Source: a virus. From it: 43,658 bases of DNA. A model generated the notes under the pieces. It saw only the letters and a program-made list of their open reading frames with translations. It did not search any database and had not been told where the DNA came from. The stretch spans positions 1 through 43,658 of IMG/VR virus record IMGVR_UViG_3300017698_000020. One strand, written 5' to 3'. The translations under genes and the position numbers were made by a program. Positions 14,576-24,647 of this stretch are shown here, in pieces; the stretch's first letter is position 1; every line of letters starts with the position of its first letter.

Positions 14576-14658
14576 GGATGGCCACCTTGGTCAAGTTTTC
14601 GACTGCTCGCATTGTAGCGCGGCACGCTGCGCATCGCACAGAATGCCGCGCCAACTGG

Positions 14659-17600
14659 TTAATTGCGCTCGTCAGCCGGGCGCGCGAAGAACATGTTTTT
14701 GACGAACTCGCCGGGGTCGTCCGGCTTCTCTTCGCCGGTCATCACGTCGAACATGTACTCGCCAGTTATCCAGGCCTGGCGGCTCGGCAGCTTGCCCCAG
14801 TAGCCCGCAGTCAGCACCGCTGCCTTCACGTCAGACCGACCCAGCTCCTGATCCTCATCAAGCGCCTTCAGCGGAATGGATGCCGTGCGCGCCGTCATCT
14901 CGAAGGCATCGAACGCAGGGCTGGCGCCATATCCAAACGGGGTGAGCACCGCGCTGCCCACGTCGCGCAGGCCGACCACGGCGCCCATTGGGTACAAGAT
15001 GCCCTGGCGTGCCGCCCACTCGGCCCACTCATCTTCATCATCCGGCCCGCGGCCCGCGACCAGCTCACCAAGGATCGATGGAGCGAACCACAGGAAGAAG
15101 GCGCTGGCGGCCAGCCTCGGCACGCTGATATTGCCCTGCTTCACGTTGCTGATCTGGCGTGCGAACTGGTTGTAGAGGACGCTGAAATACGAGTAGAACA
15201 TGACGAACGACCGGCGCACCTGGCCGCCGCGCTGAATCTGTGCCAGGTCTTTGACGCCGCCCGCCGATTGCGTCTGGCGCACAATGCTGTCGGCATAGTC
15301 GATGGCTCGCGGCTCGTTGCCCATCTCAATCTCGGATACCTCGCCTTCCATCGCCTTGCGGTACGCGCCCAGCCATGTCGGCACGGACACCGCCATATCC
15401 ATCAGGCCCGTCATGATGAAGAAGCTGCGCTGCCACTCCTGCAGCTTCGTCTCCTTGGTCATGCGCTGCAGTGAGTCGCGCACGTCGCGGTCGAATGTCT
15501 TCGGGCGATTCAGCATCATCGTGCTTCGCTCATGCACGAACGCCGTGCCTGTCTTCATGTTTGCCCACGTCGCATACGAACGGCCATTGCCCCGGGAGCC
15601 GAAGAAGTCGGTGAGACCCTTCCATGCGTACTTGGCGCCCAGCATGTCGATGCTGTTCATGTAGCCCAGCGGCTGCACCACAGCCGTCGTCACCTTCAGG
15701 CCCATGTTGACCACGGTCGCGCCCACGCGCGCCTGCCCGATCAGCTTCTCCCAGTAGGATTCAGGCTGGTTCACTTCATTGGCGATCGACTGCAGCCAAG
15801 GCCTGATCTGGCGATACATCTCAGTCCCGGCAGTCTCCTCGATGGCAGACCGCACCTGGTCATTGCTGGCAAGACGGTTCACGTCGATGACGGCCCGGCG
15901 ATGACTCAAGTCGTGGATGACCTGACCCAGATGCTCGGACAGCACGTCAATATCCAGGCGCAGCTTCTGCCCGCCACTACCCTGGCGCTCCTTCGTGTGC
16001 CCGGTGCGCGTTGCCGGTCGAGTGAAGCTGTTCTCGAACAGGCTTGCCCCTGCCTTCTCCTCGCGCTGGAACGCCTTGTAGCTTGTGCGCGTGTCGTACT
16101 TGATCGGGTAGTACCCGCCGCGCAGCGTACCTGCCGGCGTCTCGATCGCTGAGGCCTCGGCCTTCTTCGGGGCGATGCCGTTCAAGTCCTCCTCCATAGA
16201 CTTGATGTCAGGCCAGAATCCATCGATGAAGTCCCACAGTTCCTGCACGACCAGCCAGTCGCGCTCATCGAAATAGGACAGGATCGCGTCGACCTGGCCC
16301 GCATTCCAGCCGTAGCCTTCCATCAGCACTTCGCGGTTGTACTCGTTGCCCCAGTTGAGGGCGATGGCCATCATGCGTGCCTTGTCGATGCTCTGGCCGA
16401 CCTGGTGCACGTAGTGCTTCTCGGCATACCACTTGGCCCGCTCCTCGCGCGTGTAGGCGCCCAGGATGCGCTGCAGCTCCTTGGTCGCCTTCTCTTGCAT
16501 CTGCTGCTCGACACTCTCGGCGTCAGCCAGCGGCTTGAACATCGCCTGCCATACCGGCCCGACCTCGGCGTCGCCATCCAGCCAGCGGAACAGGAACTCA
16601 GGTTTGGTGTGCCAGGCGTGGGCATTGCCAACCCAGTTGCCAACCTTCTCGCGCAGCGACTCATGCAGCGGCACCGAACGCTCGACGCGCGTGTGGTTCG
16701 CCTCGATGGCGGATACCACGGTATCGACCTGCGCCTCAAAGTCGCGCTTGTCCTTCTCGGCCAGCAGCTTGTTCTTGGTGCGAGCCAGGTGCTCGATCTG
16801 CTTCACCGCGTCGCGCATGCCGCGCAGCTCATCGATAGCAACCTCGCGCCAGTTGACGACGCGGGAGTCATCCATCACGGCATCGGGCACATCGATCGTG
16901 AAGCCCTCGGCCTGCTGCTCGCCGATCCATGCCTCGAGCGAACGGCGGCGATCGATGCGGCGCAAGCTGGTCTTCTTGAACTCGTACCGGGTCAACAGTG
17001 CATCAATCTGATCGATGTACTCCTGCCCCGCCTTGGCCAGACGCACGCGGGTAGGCTTCTTGTTGAAGCGCGCCATGTAGGTCTGGACGCTATCGGCATC
17101 GTCTCGGGCTCGTGTCGCCTCACGGTACAGGTGATGGTTGAGAAGCTGGCGCTGCTTGGCCTCGGTCGCCTTGGCGTAGTCGCCGGACGCCGCCGCATCG
17201 AACGCCTCGCGGCCGGCCTTCTGCTCGGCGCGCAGGTAGAGCCCCGGCTTGATGTCGCGCACCCGCTTGTCGCTCATGATGCGCTGCGCAGCGTCCTTGA
17301 TGATCGACACCGGAGACTGGCGGGCACCAGAGCGACGTGACAGCGTGCGCAGCTCGGCCTGCATCACATTGCTGCGCTGGTCGTTGTGCACCGCCTCGAA
17401 CGCAGCGTCAGCCATGCTGCCGTCGTTGAGCATGTCGCCGTACTGCTCGCGCATACGGACATCGACCTCGGACTCGATCAGCTTGCGGCGCGGCCTGGCG
17501 TTCACGATGTCTTGGATCATCTCGTCGCCGGACGTATACCCGAACACCTCAGCGGCCATGTCTGGATGCACGCCACCCTGGCGAGTGTAGATGTACGGGC

Positions 17601-20600
17601 GCGGCAGGCGCTTGAGGAAGGGCTCGCCGTACTTCTCGACCAGCGCAGCCTTGTTGAGCTTGAACTGCTCCATGCCCTCGGGAAGTGGTGAGCTATCCGG
17701 CAGCTTGCCACGGCCCATCACGGCCATCGCCACATAGGCTGGCTGCTGATTCACCTCGCCAGCAACCTCGGCAGTCATCTCTTCCTTGGCATTCTTCCAC
17801 CAGCGTTTCGTCTCGCGCTGATATTCGGTCATCACCTTGCGGGACAGACTCTCTTCCGCAGACTCGCGGGCACGCTGCGCAGCCGCAGCATAGGCCTGGT
17901 ACTCGGCTTCACTCATGCCGGCAGCGGTCGCGTCAGTGAAGATAGGCTGGTATCCAGACTCAAGCGCCGCCTCGCTTATCTCCTGATCAGTGGCGACCAG
18001 GCGATCCATGACGCCGCGCACCTCATCGGAAAGCTCGACATCCAGATTGGCAACGGTGCGATAGATAGCCACCATCCATGCCTTGAAGCGGGCGAACGCC
18101 TCACGCATTGCGCTGCTCGGCGACTTGCCCTCCATGACGTAGGCCTCGAAGCCGCGCGCCCACTGTTCGTGCTGATCAACACCGATGGCGTCAGCAGAAT
18201 CGACGCCGAACCAGTCCAGCACGATCTGGTAATCGTCCACCAACTGCTGCGGCGCATTCTCACGCCCGGCCAGGTCGCCCAGAATCTCAAGGTACAGGTG
18301 CCCTGACTCATGGATGAAGGTCGACAGATTCGCCTGCTCGAGCAGCTCGATGTTGAAGAACTTGCGCGACTGCGGGAAGCTGATGCGGCCGCGCGGCTGG
18401 CGGCCACCCTGCTTGTAGGCTCGGCTGGCGCCAAGGTTGCTGCGGAATAGCGCGGAGTCATCAATCACGAATATTGACGGGGACTGCCCTTCGCCCTCGC
18501 TCACCTTGATTGCCTTCTTGCCCTGCAGCTCTGCCTCTGCAATTGCTGAATCTATCGCATCAACATCACCAGCAAATGGCAGCGTATCGCTTTCATAGAT
18601 GTCAGTCTCTGGAATGTATCGGCGACGAATCTCGCGATCCTGGCCAGATAGCGTGAACTCCCTTGCGAACTCCCTATCCTGCGTGTAGTAGCGGCCCTCA
18701 CCGGAGTCTCCGCCAACGCCACGGAACACCTCTACTACCGACCCGCCTTGATTCAGCGTCTCCGCCGGCTCGCGTATCATCGACTCGCTGACTTCAAAAT
18801 CCTTCGCTGCGCCCTTGTTGTCGACGAAGCCGCTGCGCTTATAGAACTCCTTCAGCCGCTTTACGTTGCCGCCGAACGAGTCGGATGGCGTCAGCGCCAG
18901 TGTCGCGCCAGTGTCGTCGGCCCAGCCCGTGATAGCGTTCATCACCTGCGTGCCAGTGCCGGATTCGCGCAGGTCGCCGCGCAGCTCGATGCGGTCGATG
19001 GTTATCTTGCCGTCACGCCCGCCCAGGTTGAGCGTCAGGCCAGGGAATTGCTGCTCAAGGCTGGCGGCCAAGTCGCGCGCCTGCTGCATGCTGCCCGGCG
19101 CTGCTGGCGCTTGGGGCTGACGTTTCGCCAACTCCTCATCGATAAACGCCTGCCACTCAGCATCATCGAACAGGCTACGGTCATCGCCGGCCTGCTCGGC
19201 CAGCTCGGCCTCGACTTGCTCGCGCGTCGCTGCGTCCTGATTCAGCGTGGTCGCGTCACTCTCCGGGTCAGGCTGGCTGATCTGCTCGCCCTTCATCAGC
19301 GCCTTGATGGTCGGATTGTCCATTGCATCAAGGTCGCCACCCATCTCTTCGATGTAGTCGCCCAGGCTATTGAGCACCTCGATCATATTCTGCTGCTGCG
19401 TGTTGGCGCCGCCCGGAGTGTAGACAGGCTCGCCGGCCAGCTCGCGATCAATGGCGTCCAGCAGGTCTTGCTGCGTGACAGTGCTGCGATCCTGGCCAGT
19501 CAGATACCCAGCCTCAGCCGCCGCCTGCGCCGCGTCATCGAGCGTCATACCGTCAGGCCTGGTCAGTGCCCGCTGGAACGCCTTGCGCCCCACGTCGGCA
19601 TCGCGCGCAGCCAGCTCGCCGCCCTCATCATTGATGCCTCGCTCGCGCAGGAACTCGACCAGCGACTCACCGAATGCGTCACGCTGGCTCGGGATGTCGC
19701 CGGAGCGCAGGCGATCGATCAGCGGGTCGAGGTCAGTGTCCACGTTCTTGGTGGCCTGGCGGAGCACCTCGGGCAGCGGGCGCGTGATGTTGATGCCGTA
19801 CTGGCGGTAAAGCTCAGCGGGGTCTTGCCCGGTGCGCTCGCCCAGCGTGCGGAACACGGATTGCGTCAGTCGCGCTTCATTCTCAGCAGCGGTGCGGTCG
19901 CGGCCTGCGGATGTGAGCTGGCCAATAACGTCCTCATAGACCGCCTGGCTCGGGTCGGCCGGCGCGTTGGCCATCTCATCGATATATGACTGCGTGGCCT
20001 CAGGGGCATTGGCCATCCACTCGCGCGCCTCGCGCGGCGTCATGTCGCCCGGATTGAACCGGGCGTTTTCGGTCATCTCCTGATGGAAGTCGGTCGCCGC
20101 CAGCTTCTCGACGTAATCGGCCAGCGGGATAACGAAGTCGCCACCGCTCGCCATCGCCTCGGAATAGGAGTCGTAGTTGCCGACCACCTCGTTGGCCATC
20201 TCGGCAGGGTCGATGCCGCGCATCTGGAACAACTCATTCCAGCGCTCGACCGGCACCTGCACGGCGTCGATCGGCCCGTTGGCCTGCAGCTTCTCGATGA
20301 TCTGCTTGTACTTCGCCGGCATGCGCTCGCGCAGCTTGGATGCACGGGCACCTTCGCCCAGCGCTTCCATGCGGTCTTGCGTCTGTTGAGCGCCGCGCGC
20401 CTTGCCGTAGTCCATCGCGAACGTAGTCATTGGCCCCGGGGCGGACATCAGCAGCATGCCTTGCGCGGCCATCTTGAATGTCTCGGTCAGGCGTTCTTCC
20501 ACCTGCTCAGCAGTGACGCCCTCAAAGTCGGCGGAGTTGAACGTCTTCGCCAGCTCGCCGCCCAGGATAACGACACCCTCCTGCGCCACCTCGGTCATCG

Positions 20601-20712
20601 TCTCGATAGACCACACGCCAGCAAAGCGCTTGCCCAGGTCGGCGAACGCCTTGCGCACGGTTGGCGTCTTCAGCGCCTGCTTGATCGAGTTGCGGGTGAT
20701 GCCGCCCAGCAC
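14659..20712 (-). CDS. Giant internal virion / DNA-ejection protein with enzyme-like modules, 2,017 aa
   Basis: It occupies the T7 gp16 position. A GNAT-like segment spans aa 545-632 (RESGTG...KEFYKRSGF). An ART-like segment spans aa 657-756 (FRG...GRYYTQDREFAREF). HESGH lies at aa 801-805 (nt 18298-18312). The C-terminal region has hydrophobic helices. The start is GTG at 20712, 3 nt after an in-frame TAG. Confidence 0.85.
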   Translation of the reverse strand: MLGGITRNSIKQALKTPTVRKAFADLGKRFAGVWSIETMTEVAQEGVVILGGELAKTFNSADFEGVTAEQVEERLTETFKMAAQGMLLMSAPGPMTTFAMDYGKARGAQQTQDRMEALGEGARASKLRERMPAKYKQIIEKLQANGPIDAVQVPVERWNELFQMRGIDPAEMANEVVGNYDSYSEAMASGGDFVIPLADYVEKLAATDFHQEMTENARFNPGDMTPREAREWMANAPEATQSYIDEMANAPADPSQAVYEDVIGQLTSAGRDRTAAENEARLTQSVFRTLGERTGQDPAELYRQYGINITRPLPEVLRQATKNVDTDLDPLIDRLRSGDIPSQRDAFGESLVEFLRERGINDEGGELAARDADVGRKAFQRALTRPDGMTLDDAAQAAAEAGYLTGQDRSTVTQQDLLDAIDRELAGEPVYTPGGANTQQQNMIEVLNSLGDYIEEMGGDLDAMDNPTIKALMKGEQISQPDPESDATTLNQDAATREQVEAELAEQAGDDRSLFDDAEWQAFIDEELAKRQPQAPAAPGSMQQARDLAASLEQQFPGLTLNLGGRDGKITIDRIELRGDLRESGTGTQVMNAITGWADDTGATLALTPSDSFGGNVKRLKEFYKRSGFVDNKGAAKDFEVSESMIREPAETLNQGGSVVEVFRGVGGDSGEGRYYTQDREFAREFTLSGQDREIRRRYIPETDIYESDTLPFAGDVDAIDSAIAEAELQGKKAIKVSEGEGQSPSIFVIDDSALFRSNLGASRAYKQGGRQPRGRISFPQSRKFFNIELLEQANLSTFIHESGHLYLEILGDLAGRENAPQQLVDDYQIVLDWFGVDSADAIGVDQHEQWARGFEAYVMEGKSPSSAMREAFARFKAWMVAIYRTVANLDVELSDEVRGVMDRLVATDQEISEAALESGYQPIFTDATAAGMSEAEYQAYAAAAQRARESAEESLSRKVMTEYQRETKRWWKNAKEEMTAEVAGEVNQQPAYVAMAVMGRGKLPDSSPLPEGMEQFKLNKAALVEKYGEPFLKRLPRPYIYTRQGGVHPDMAAEVFGYTSGDEMIQDIVNARPRRKLIESEVDVRMREQYGDMLNDGSMADAAFEAVHNDQRSNVMQAELRTLSRRSGARQSPVSIIKDAAQRIMSDKRVRDIKPGLYLRAEQKAGREAFDAAASGDYAKATEAKQRQLLNHHLYREATRARDDADSVQTYMARFNKKPTRVRLAKAGQEYIDQIDALLTRYEFKKTSLRRIDRRRSLEAWIGEQQAEGFTIDVPDAVMDDSRVVNWREVAIDELRGMRDAVKQIEHLARTKNKLLAEKDKRDFEAQVDTVVSAIEANHTRVERSVPLHESLREKVGNWVGNAHAWHTKPEFLFRWLDGDAEVGPVWQAMFKPLADAESVEQQMQEKATKELQRILGAYTREERAKWYAEKHYVHQVGQSIDKARMMAIALNWGNEYNREVLMEGYGWNAGQVDAILSYFDERDWLVVQELWDFIDGFWPDIKSMEEDLNGIAPKKAEASAIETPAGTLRGGYYPIKYDTRTSYKAFQREEKAGASLFENSFTRPATRTGHTKERQGSGGQKLRLDIDVLSEHLGQVIHDLSHRRAVIDVNRLASNDQVRSAIEETAGTEMYRQIRPWLQSIANEVNQPESYWEKLIGQARVGATVVNMGLKVTTAVVQPLGYMNSIDMLGAKYAWKGLTDFFGSRGNGRSYATWANMKTGTAFVHERSTMMLNRPKTFDRDVRDSLQRMTKETKLQEWQRSFFIMTGLMDMAVSVPTWLGAYRKAMEGEVSEIEMGNEPRAIDYADSIVRQTQSAGGVKDLAQIQRGGQVRRSFVMFYSYFSVLYNQFARQISNVKQGNISVPRLAASAFFLWFAPSILGELVAGRGPDDEDEWAEWAARQGILYPMGAVVGLRDVGSAVLTPFGYGASPAFDAFEMTARTASIPLKALDEDQELGRSDVKAAVLTAGYWGKLPSRQAWITGEYMFDVMTGEEKPDDPGEFVKNMFFARPADERN

Positions 20713-20715
20713 CTT

Positions 20716-21957
20716 CTAGCCGCCCGGGAAAGACTTCACCAGCGTCTCGAGGCCGAACATCTCCAGGCCGGCATTGACGCTACCGGACACCACCGCAGCC
20801 ACCGTGGCCGTGGCATTGTCCATCGGCACGCCATCTTCATCACGAAACGCCTTGAACTCGCGATAGGCGCCACCCGCCTCCTGCCGGAAGGAGTATTCAG
20901 CGGCACCGGTGCGGGAGCCAGCAGCAAAGCCCATCGCGGCAGCGCCGGGAACCGTGACCACTTCCTCGGGGAATGCAATCTGTGGCCCAGCCTGACCAGC
21001 CACCGCCGCCACGCCGCCGGCAGCCAGCGCAGCCGGAATCCCTGTCTTCACGCCAGCGGCCAGCGAGCTGATAGTCATCGGCGCGAACTCGGCCGCTGAT
21101 ACCAGAATGCCGCCGCCCAGTGTCTCATCACCGAACTTGCGACCAAGCTGGCCTTCCATCTCGACCAGCCGCCCCTCAAGCGACGGGTCGCCTCCGCCCA
21201 TCATCTGCTCGAAGGCAAGCCCATTGCGATCCTCAGCCAGTCGACCCTGGCGCCATGCTGCCGCGGGCGCCTTGGTGAACCACTCGAGCGTGCCCATGTC
21301 TTGGAATCGCTCTTGCGCGTTGCCGCGCTCCAACGCCTGCCATGCTGCATTCTGAACAGCAGACTGATCGGCATCCAGATTGGCGGCCACCGTCGCGTCA
21401 CGCAGCAGTGGCTGGCGGTACTTGGGGTGAAGCTCGCGATACTCATCCGGCGTAATCTCGCCACTCAGCATCTGCCGGCGCAGCGCCGCAGGGTAAACGA
21501 CGCCATAGGTGCCATTGCCCGGCGCGCTCCCACTGGAAAGCACGCGCTCCATCAACTGCAGGCTATCGAGGTCGTCGTGAGCAACGCTGGCCGTGTCGGG
21601 GTCTTCCATTGCGCCGGCCAGCTTCGGGAAGTCCTGGCGGAACTTCTTCGCGTCGAAGTCCTGCTGCGATACGCGCTCGCGAACCATATCCAGATTCCGC
21701 TGGATCAGCTCGGCGGGCAGGCCCGTCTTGCCTTGCAGGTTGAACACCTCGGCCTTCAGGTCTGGATTCTCGTTGCGAGCCTGGCGCATGGATGCCGCCA
21801 GCTTCTGCTCGCCTTGAATGCCGGTCGCCCACTTCTGGAAGTCGGTCGTGGCCTTGGGCATCGGGCTCATGTCGCGGCCCGTGTCCTCACTCGACGCACC
21901 AAGCGCCGCATCTTGCAGCGGGTTCGTCTTCTGATACCAGTCCTGAATGCCGGCCAT
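20716..21957 (-). CDS. Internal virion protein with Gly/Ala-rich membrane-like helices, 413 aa
   Basis: It lies in the ejection-protein block. The C-terminal third has several hydrophobic Gly/Ala-rich segments (GGILVSAAEFAPMTISSLAAGV, IPAALAAGGVAAVAG...). It is in the same reading frame as the downstream giant ORF. Confidence 0.65.
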   Translation of the reverse strand: MAGIQDWYQKTNPLQDAALGASSEDTGRDMSPMPKATTDFQKWATGIQGEQKLAASMRQARNENPDLKAEVFNLQGKTGLPAELIQRNLDMVRERVSQQDFDAKKFRQDFPKLAGAMEDPDTASVAHDDLDSLQLMERVLSSGSAPGNGTYGVVYPAALRRQMLSGEITPDEYRELHPKYRQPLLRDATVAANLDADQSAVQNAAWQALERGNAQERFQDMGTLEWFTKAPAAAWRQGRLAEDRNGLAFEQMMGGGDPSLEGRLVEMEGQLGRKFGDETLGGGILVSAAEFAPMTISSLAAGVKTGIPAALAAGGVAAVAGQAGPQIAFPEEVVTVPGAAAMGFAAGSRTGAAEYSFRQEAGGAYREFKAFRDEDGVPMDNATATVAAVVSGSVNAGLEMFGLETLVKSFPGG

Positions 21958-24095
21958 TATTTGCCCTCGGAGATGATCTGCTGGAATGCCTCAGTGTTGC
22001 CCAGTTTATATTGAGCGTAGGCGCGCTGCACGACACTGTTGTCGGCAGTGTAGCCGTTGGCCCGCAGCAGGTTCCTCACGAACGTCGCGTCCTCTTCGGG
22101 AATCTCGGCGATCGGCACATAGGCGTCGCCAAGCTCGTCCTCATCCAGTGTGAAGCTGTAGCGCTCCTCGTCGCCGCCCAGCCAGCCGCCGTCCACCATG
22201 ATGGTTTCGGTCAACAGGTCATCGATTACCTTCTGCTGCTCCTGTCCTGTCGCCTTGCGGCCCTGCTGGCGTTCCCATGCCTCGACGCGCGCAGCCGCCT
22301 CATTCTGGAAGCGAGCATATGCCATCGTCTCGTCCTCGTCCCACTTGGCAGGCGTCTTGTCTGCCGGCGTGATGCCGACCAGGTTGGCGCTGTTCTTGAT
22401 CATCTGGTTGAAGGTCAGCGTGCTGCTGGTTTCCGGCGCGTCGCCCTCGGTGCCGATGCCCTTGGCCTCGTTGATCATCGTCAGCGCCTTCTTGTACAGC
22501 GCGTCGTCAAGGTGCGGGCGCAACTCAGTGTAGGGGTCGTCAATCGCGGCCAGCTCGGAGCGCGACATCGTGGTGACTTCCGTCCACTTGCGCCAGTCAG
22601 TCTCGATCTTCACGCCGGCCAGCTCCTGCTCGCGTGTACGCAGCGCCTTCAACTGCTTGGCATCCATACGATTGACGGCATCCACCGGCAGGCTGTCGAC
22701 GCTAGAGCCGCGCTCGACCTGCAGTTGCATCTGGTTGAACAGCTCAGCCTGCTGCTGATCCTCGATGGCGTGCAACGCCTTCAGCTTGTCCTTGGCGATG
22801 TCGCGGACGCCTGGCGGCATACCCTCGACGGCAGCCATCTGCTGCGAGCGCGTCAGTTGCAGGCCTGGCTCGATCGACTGCGGGGGCGCAACCTTGGCCA
22901 CGTAGTCCCGGGTTTCCGCGAACGGTATCTTGCTGGCGAACTCCTGGCGGCTTATCTCGCCCTTGCGTGGGTCGCCGTACTTGCTGATCCACTCGTCGAC
23001 GGAGCCGGGGCCAGCGTTGTAGGCGGCAGCGGCCAGCATCGGGTCGCCGTACTTCTCGACCTGGATGTCGTAATACCCCTTCCCGAGCGCCATGTTGTAC
23101 TCGGCGTCGTTCTTGTAGCGTTCCTCGTCCCACGGGATGCCCAACTTGGCGGCAGTCTCCTTGGCAGTGGCGGGCATCACCTGCGCGATACCCACCGCGC
23201 CCTTCGGTGACGTTACCGGCGTGCCATCGCGATTGAGCTGGTTGCCGCCGCTCTCCTGCTGGATCATGCGCGACCATACGCCATCAACCCCAATACCTGC
23301 GCCGCCCACGATACCGGCCACCGCCTTCTCGGCAGTCTGGCGCTCGCGCGTCACCTTGATGGTCGCGTCGTACTTGGCCTGCACCGATGGCGTCATCTCT
23401 TCAGCGTGCTGCGCGTAATACTTGCTGGCTGCATTGCTGTCGGTCGCAGCCAGCCGGTTGAGCACGGCGCCGTGCGTATTGGCCCGCGCCTCGCGCACCG
23501 CGAGCTGGGTCTTCTCAGGCGACCACCCGTTCTCGTGTGCGTTGGCCATGATGGCTGCCGTCTGCCGGCGCATCTCGGTGCTGATGCGGGCAGGGTCGTT
23601 GTAGTAGTTGCTCGCCGTGATCTGGCTGCCGGCCACCAGGCTTTGCAGTTGCTCCTGCTCGTACACCTTGGCCTGGCCGGCGACATGGCGGTTCATCGTC
23701 TGCAGAATCTGCTGCCGGCGCTGCCCAGTCATCTTGTCGAACGCCACCTGCTGCGCGCCGTTCAAGCCTTCTCGGATGTCGGCCGCTGTGCGATCAAAGT
23801 CCTGCATCACCTTGTCGGGAGCGCCGAAAGCATTCTTGCCCTGCAGGTTGAGCGCGCCATTCTCAGGGTCATACAGCGCCGTGTTCTCGAACGCTGTCAG
23901 GCTACTGTCGGCCTCCATGACGCGCGCGGTATCCATGCGGTTCTTGTACTGCATGGCGATGTCGGCAATGCCCTTGGCGGCACCTGACACATCCACGCCG
24001 AATGCCTGCTGAGGAAGATTGCCGGACTGCGTGACGCCCGGCGCTGCGCGCACCTGGCCCCGCTGCTGATTGGTAAAGCGTGGGATTGTCGCCAT
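21957..24095 (-). CDS. Internal virion protein with lytic transglycosylase (SLT) domain, 712 aa
   Basis: MIQQESGGNQLNRDGTPVTSPKGAVGIAQVMPATA...AAAAYNAGPGSV is the classic SLT catalytic-Glu and AYNAG pattern. It occupies the T7 gp15/16 position. Confidence 0.85.
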   Translation of the reverse strand: MATIPRFTNQQRGQVRAAPGVTQSGNLPQQAFGVDVSGAAKGIADIAMQYKNRMDTARVMEADSSLTAFENTALYDPENGALNLQGKNAFGAPDKVMQDFDRTAADIREGLNGAQQVAFDKMTGQRRQQILQTMNRHVAGQAKVYEQEQLQSLVAGSQITASNYYNDPARISTEMRRQTAAIMANAHENGWSPEKTQLAVREARANTHGAVLNRLAATDSNAASKYYAQHAEEMTPSVQAKYDATIKVTRERQTAEKAVAGIVGGAGIGVDGVWSRMIQQESGGNQLNRDGTPVTSPKGAVGIAQVMPATAKETAAKLGIPWDEERYKNDAEYNMALGKGYYDIQVEKYGDPMLAAAAYNAGPGSVDEWISKYGDPRKGEISRQEFASKIPFAETRDYVAKVAPPQSIEPGLQLTRSQQMAAVEGMPPGVRDIAKDKLKALHAIEDQQQAELFNQMQLQVERGSSVDSLPVDAVNRMDAKQLKALRTREQELAGVKIETDWRKWTEVTTMSRSELAAIDDPYTELRPHLDDALYKKALTMINEAKGIGTEGDAPETSSTLTFNQMIKNSANLVGITPADKTPAKWDEDETMAYARFQNEAAARVEAWERQQGRKATGQEQQKVIDDLLTETIMVDGGWLGGDEERYSFTLDEDELGDAYVPIAEIPEEDATFVRNLLRANGYTADNSVVQRAYAQYKLGNTEAFQQIISEGK

Positions 24096-24107
24096 TGGAG
24101 CCGTTCC

Positions 24108-24644
24108 TTATCCGTAGAGATTGCCGACAGACCCGCCGCCGTAGGTGCCCGCTGATGTCGGCGTGCTCGAGGCATAGGCGCCGTACCCTTGCGACCCTGC
24201 GCTGGCGGCAGTGGTCAGCAGTGTGCCGGTGCGGGCATTCTTGCCCATCGTCCGCGCAGCTCGCGCATCACTCAGGCTACTGGCGGCCTGGGTGTCATAC
24301 CCGAACGCTTCGCGCGCAGCATTGGCCTGCACCGTCTGGATGTCGTACTCACCCAGCGTGGCCGTCTCGGCAAACAGATCGAGGCTTGTGCCGCTACTGA
24401 TGTCGAGCCCGTTACCGGCAAGGCCGACCGCTTGGCGAGCCTCCATCTGGCGCACCTGGTCGCGGCGCTCCTCGGCAGCAATGACGCCGCGGGCCCGAGC
24501 ATCAGCCGCCTGATTCTCTTGAATCTGTGCGTTGCGCTCAGCGACATCTGACTGGTACTCGGATTGCGCCTTTTGCTGCTGGTAGCTGACGGCGCCGGCA
24601 ATCACTGTGGTCGCGATCAGCGCAATCGTGGTTGGTTCACACAT
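24108..24644 (-). CDS. Internal virion protein (T7 gp14-position), N-terminal TM, 178 aa
   Basis: The N-terminal TM segment is TTIALIATTVIAGAVSY. Its size and position between the GNAT-fold protein and the SLT protein mirror T7 gp14. Confidence 0.5.
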   Translation of the reverse strand: MCEPTTIALIATTVIAGAVSYQQQKAQSEYQSDVAERNAQIQENQAADARARGVIAAEERRDQVRQMEARQAVGLAGNGLDISSGTSLDLFAETATLGEYDIQTVQANAAREAFGYDTQAASSLSDARAARTMGKNARTGTLLTTAASAGSQGYGAYASSTPTSAGTYGGGSVGNLYG

Positions 24645-24647
24645 GTC

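Noticed and set aside
14617-14651. The 8-bp inverted repeat gcgcggca...tgccgcgc between the giant gene and the fiber gene as a terminator or regulator.
   Set aside because: It has a 19-nt loop, no U-tract and no matching promoter hexamers. The evidence is insufficient.
14563-23210. Long plus-strand ORFs (for example 14563..15474, 16405..17340, 18748..19989, 20083..21099 and 21792..23210; also 99..1238, 30885..32243, 33456..34676 and 36413..37486).
   Set aside because: They lie antisense to minus-strand genes that carry clear protein motifs. Their products are Arg/Ala/Leu/Gly-rich low-complexity sequences typical of stop-poor antisense frames in GC-rich DNA, and they lack SD sequences.
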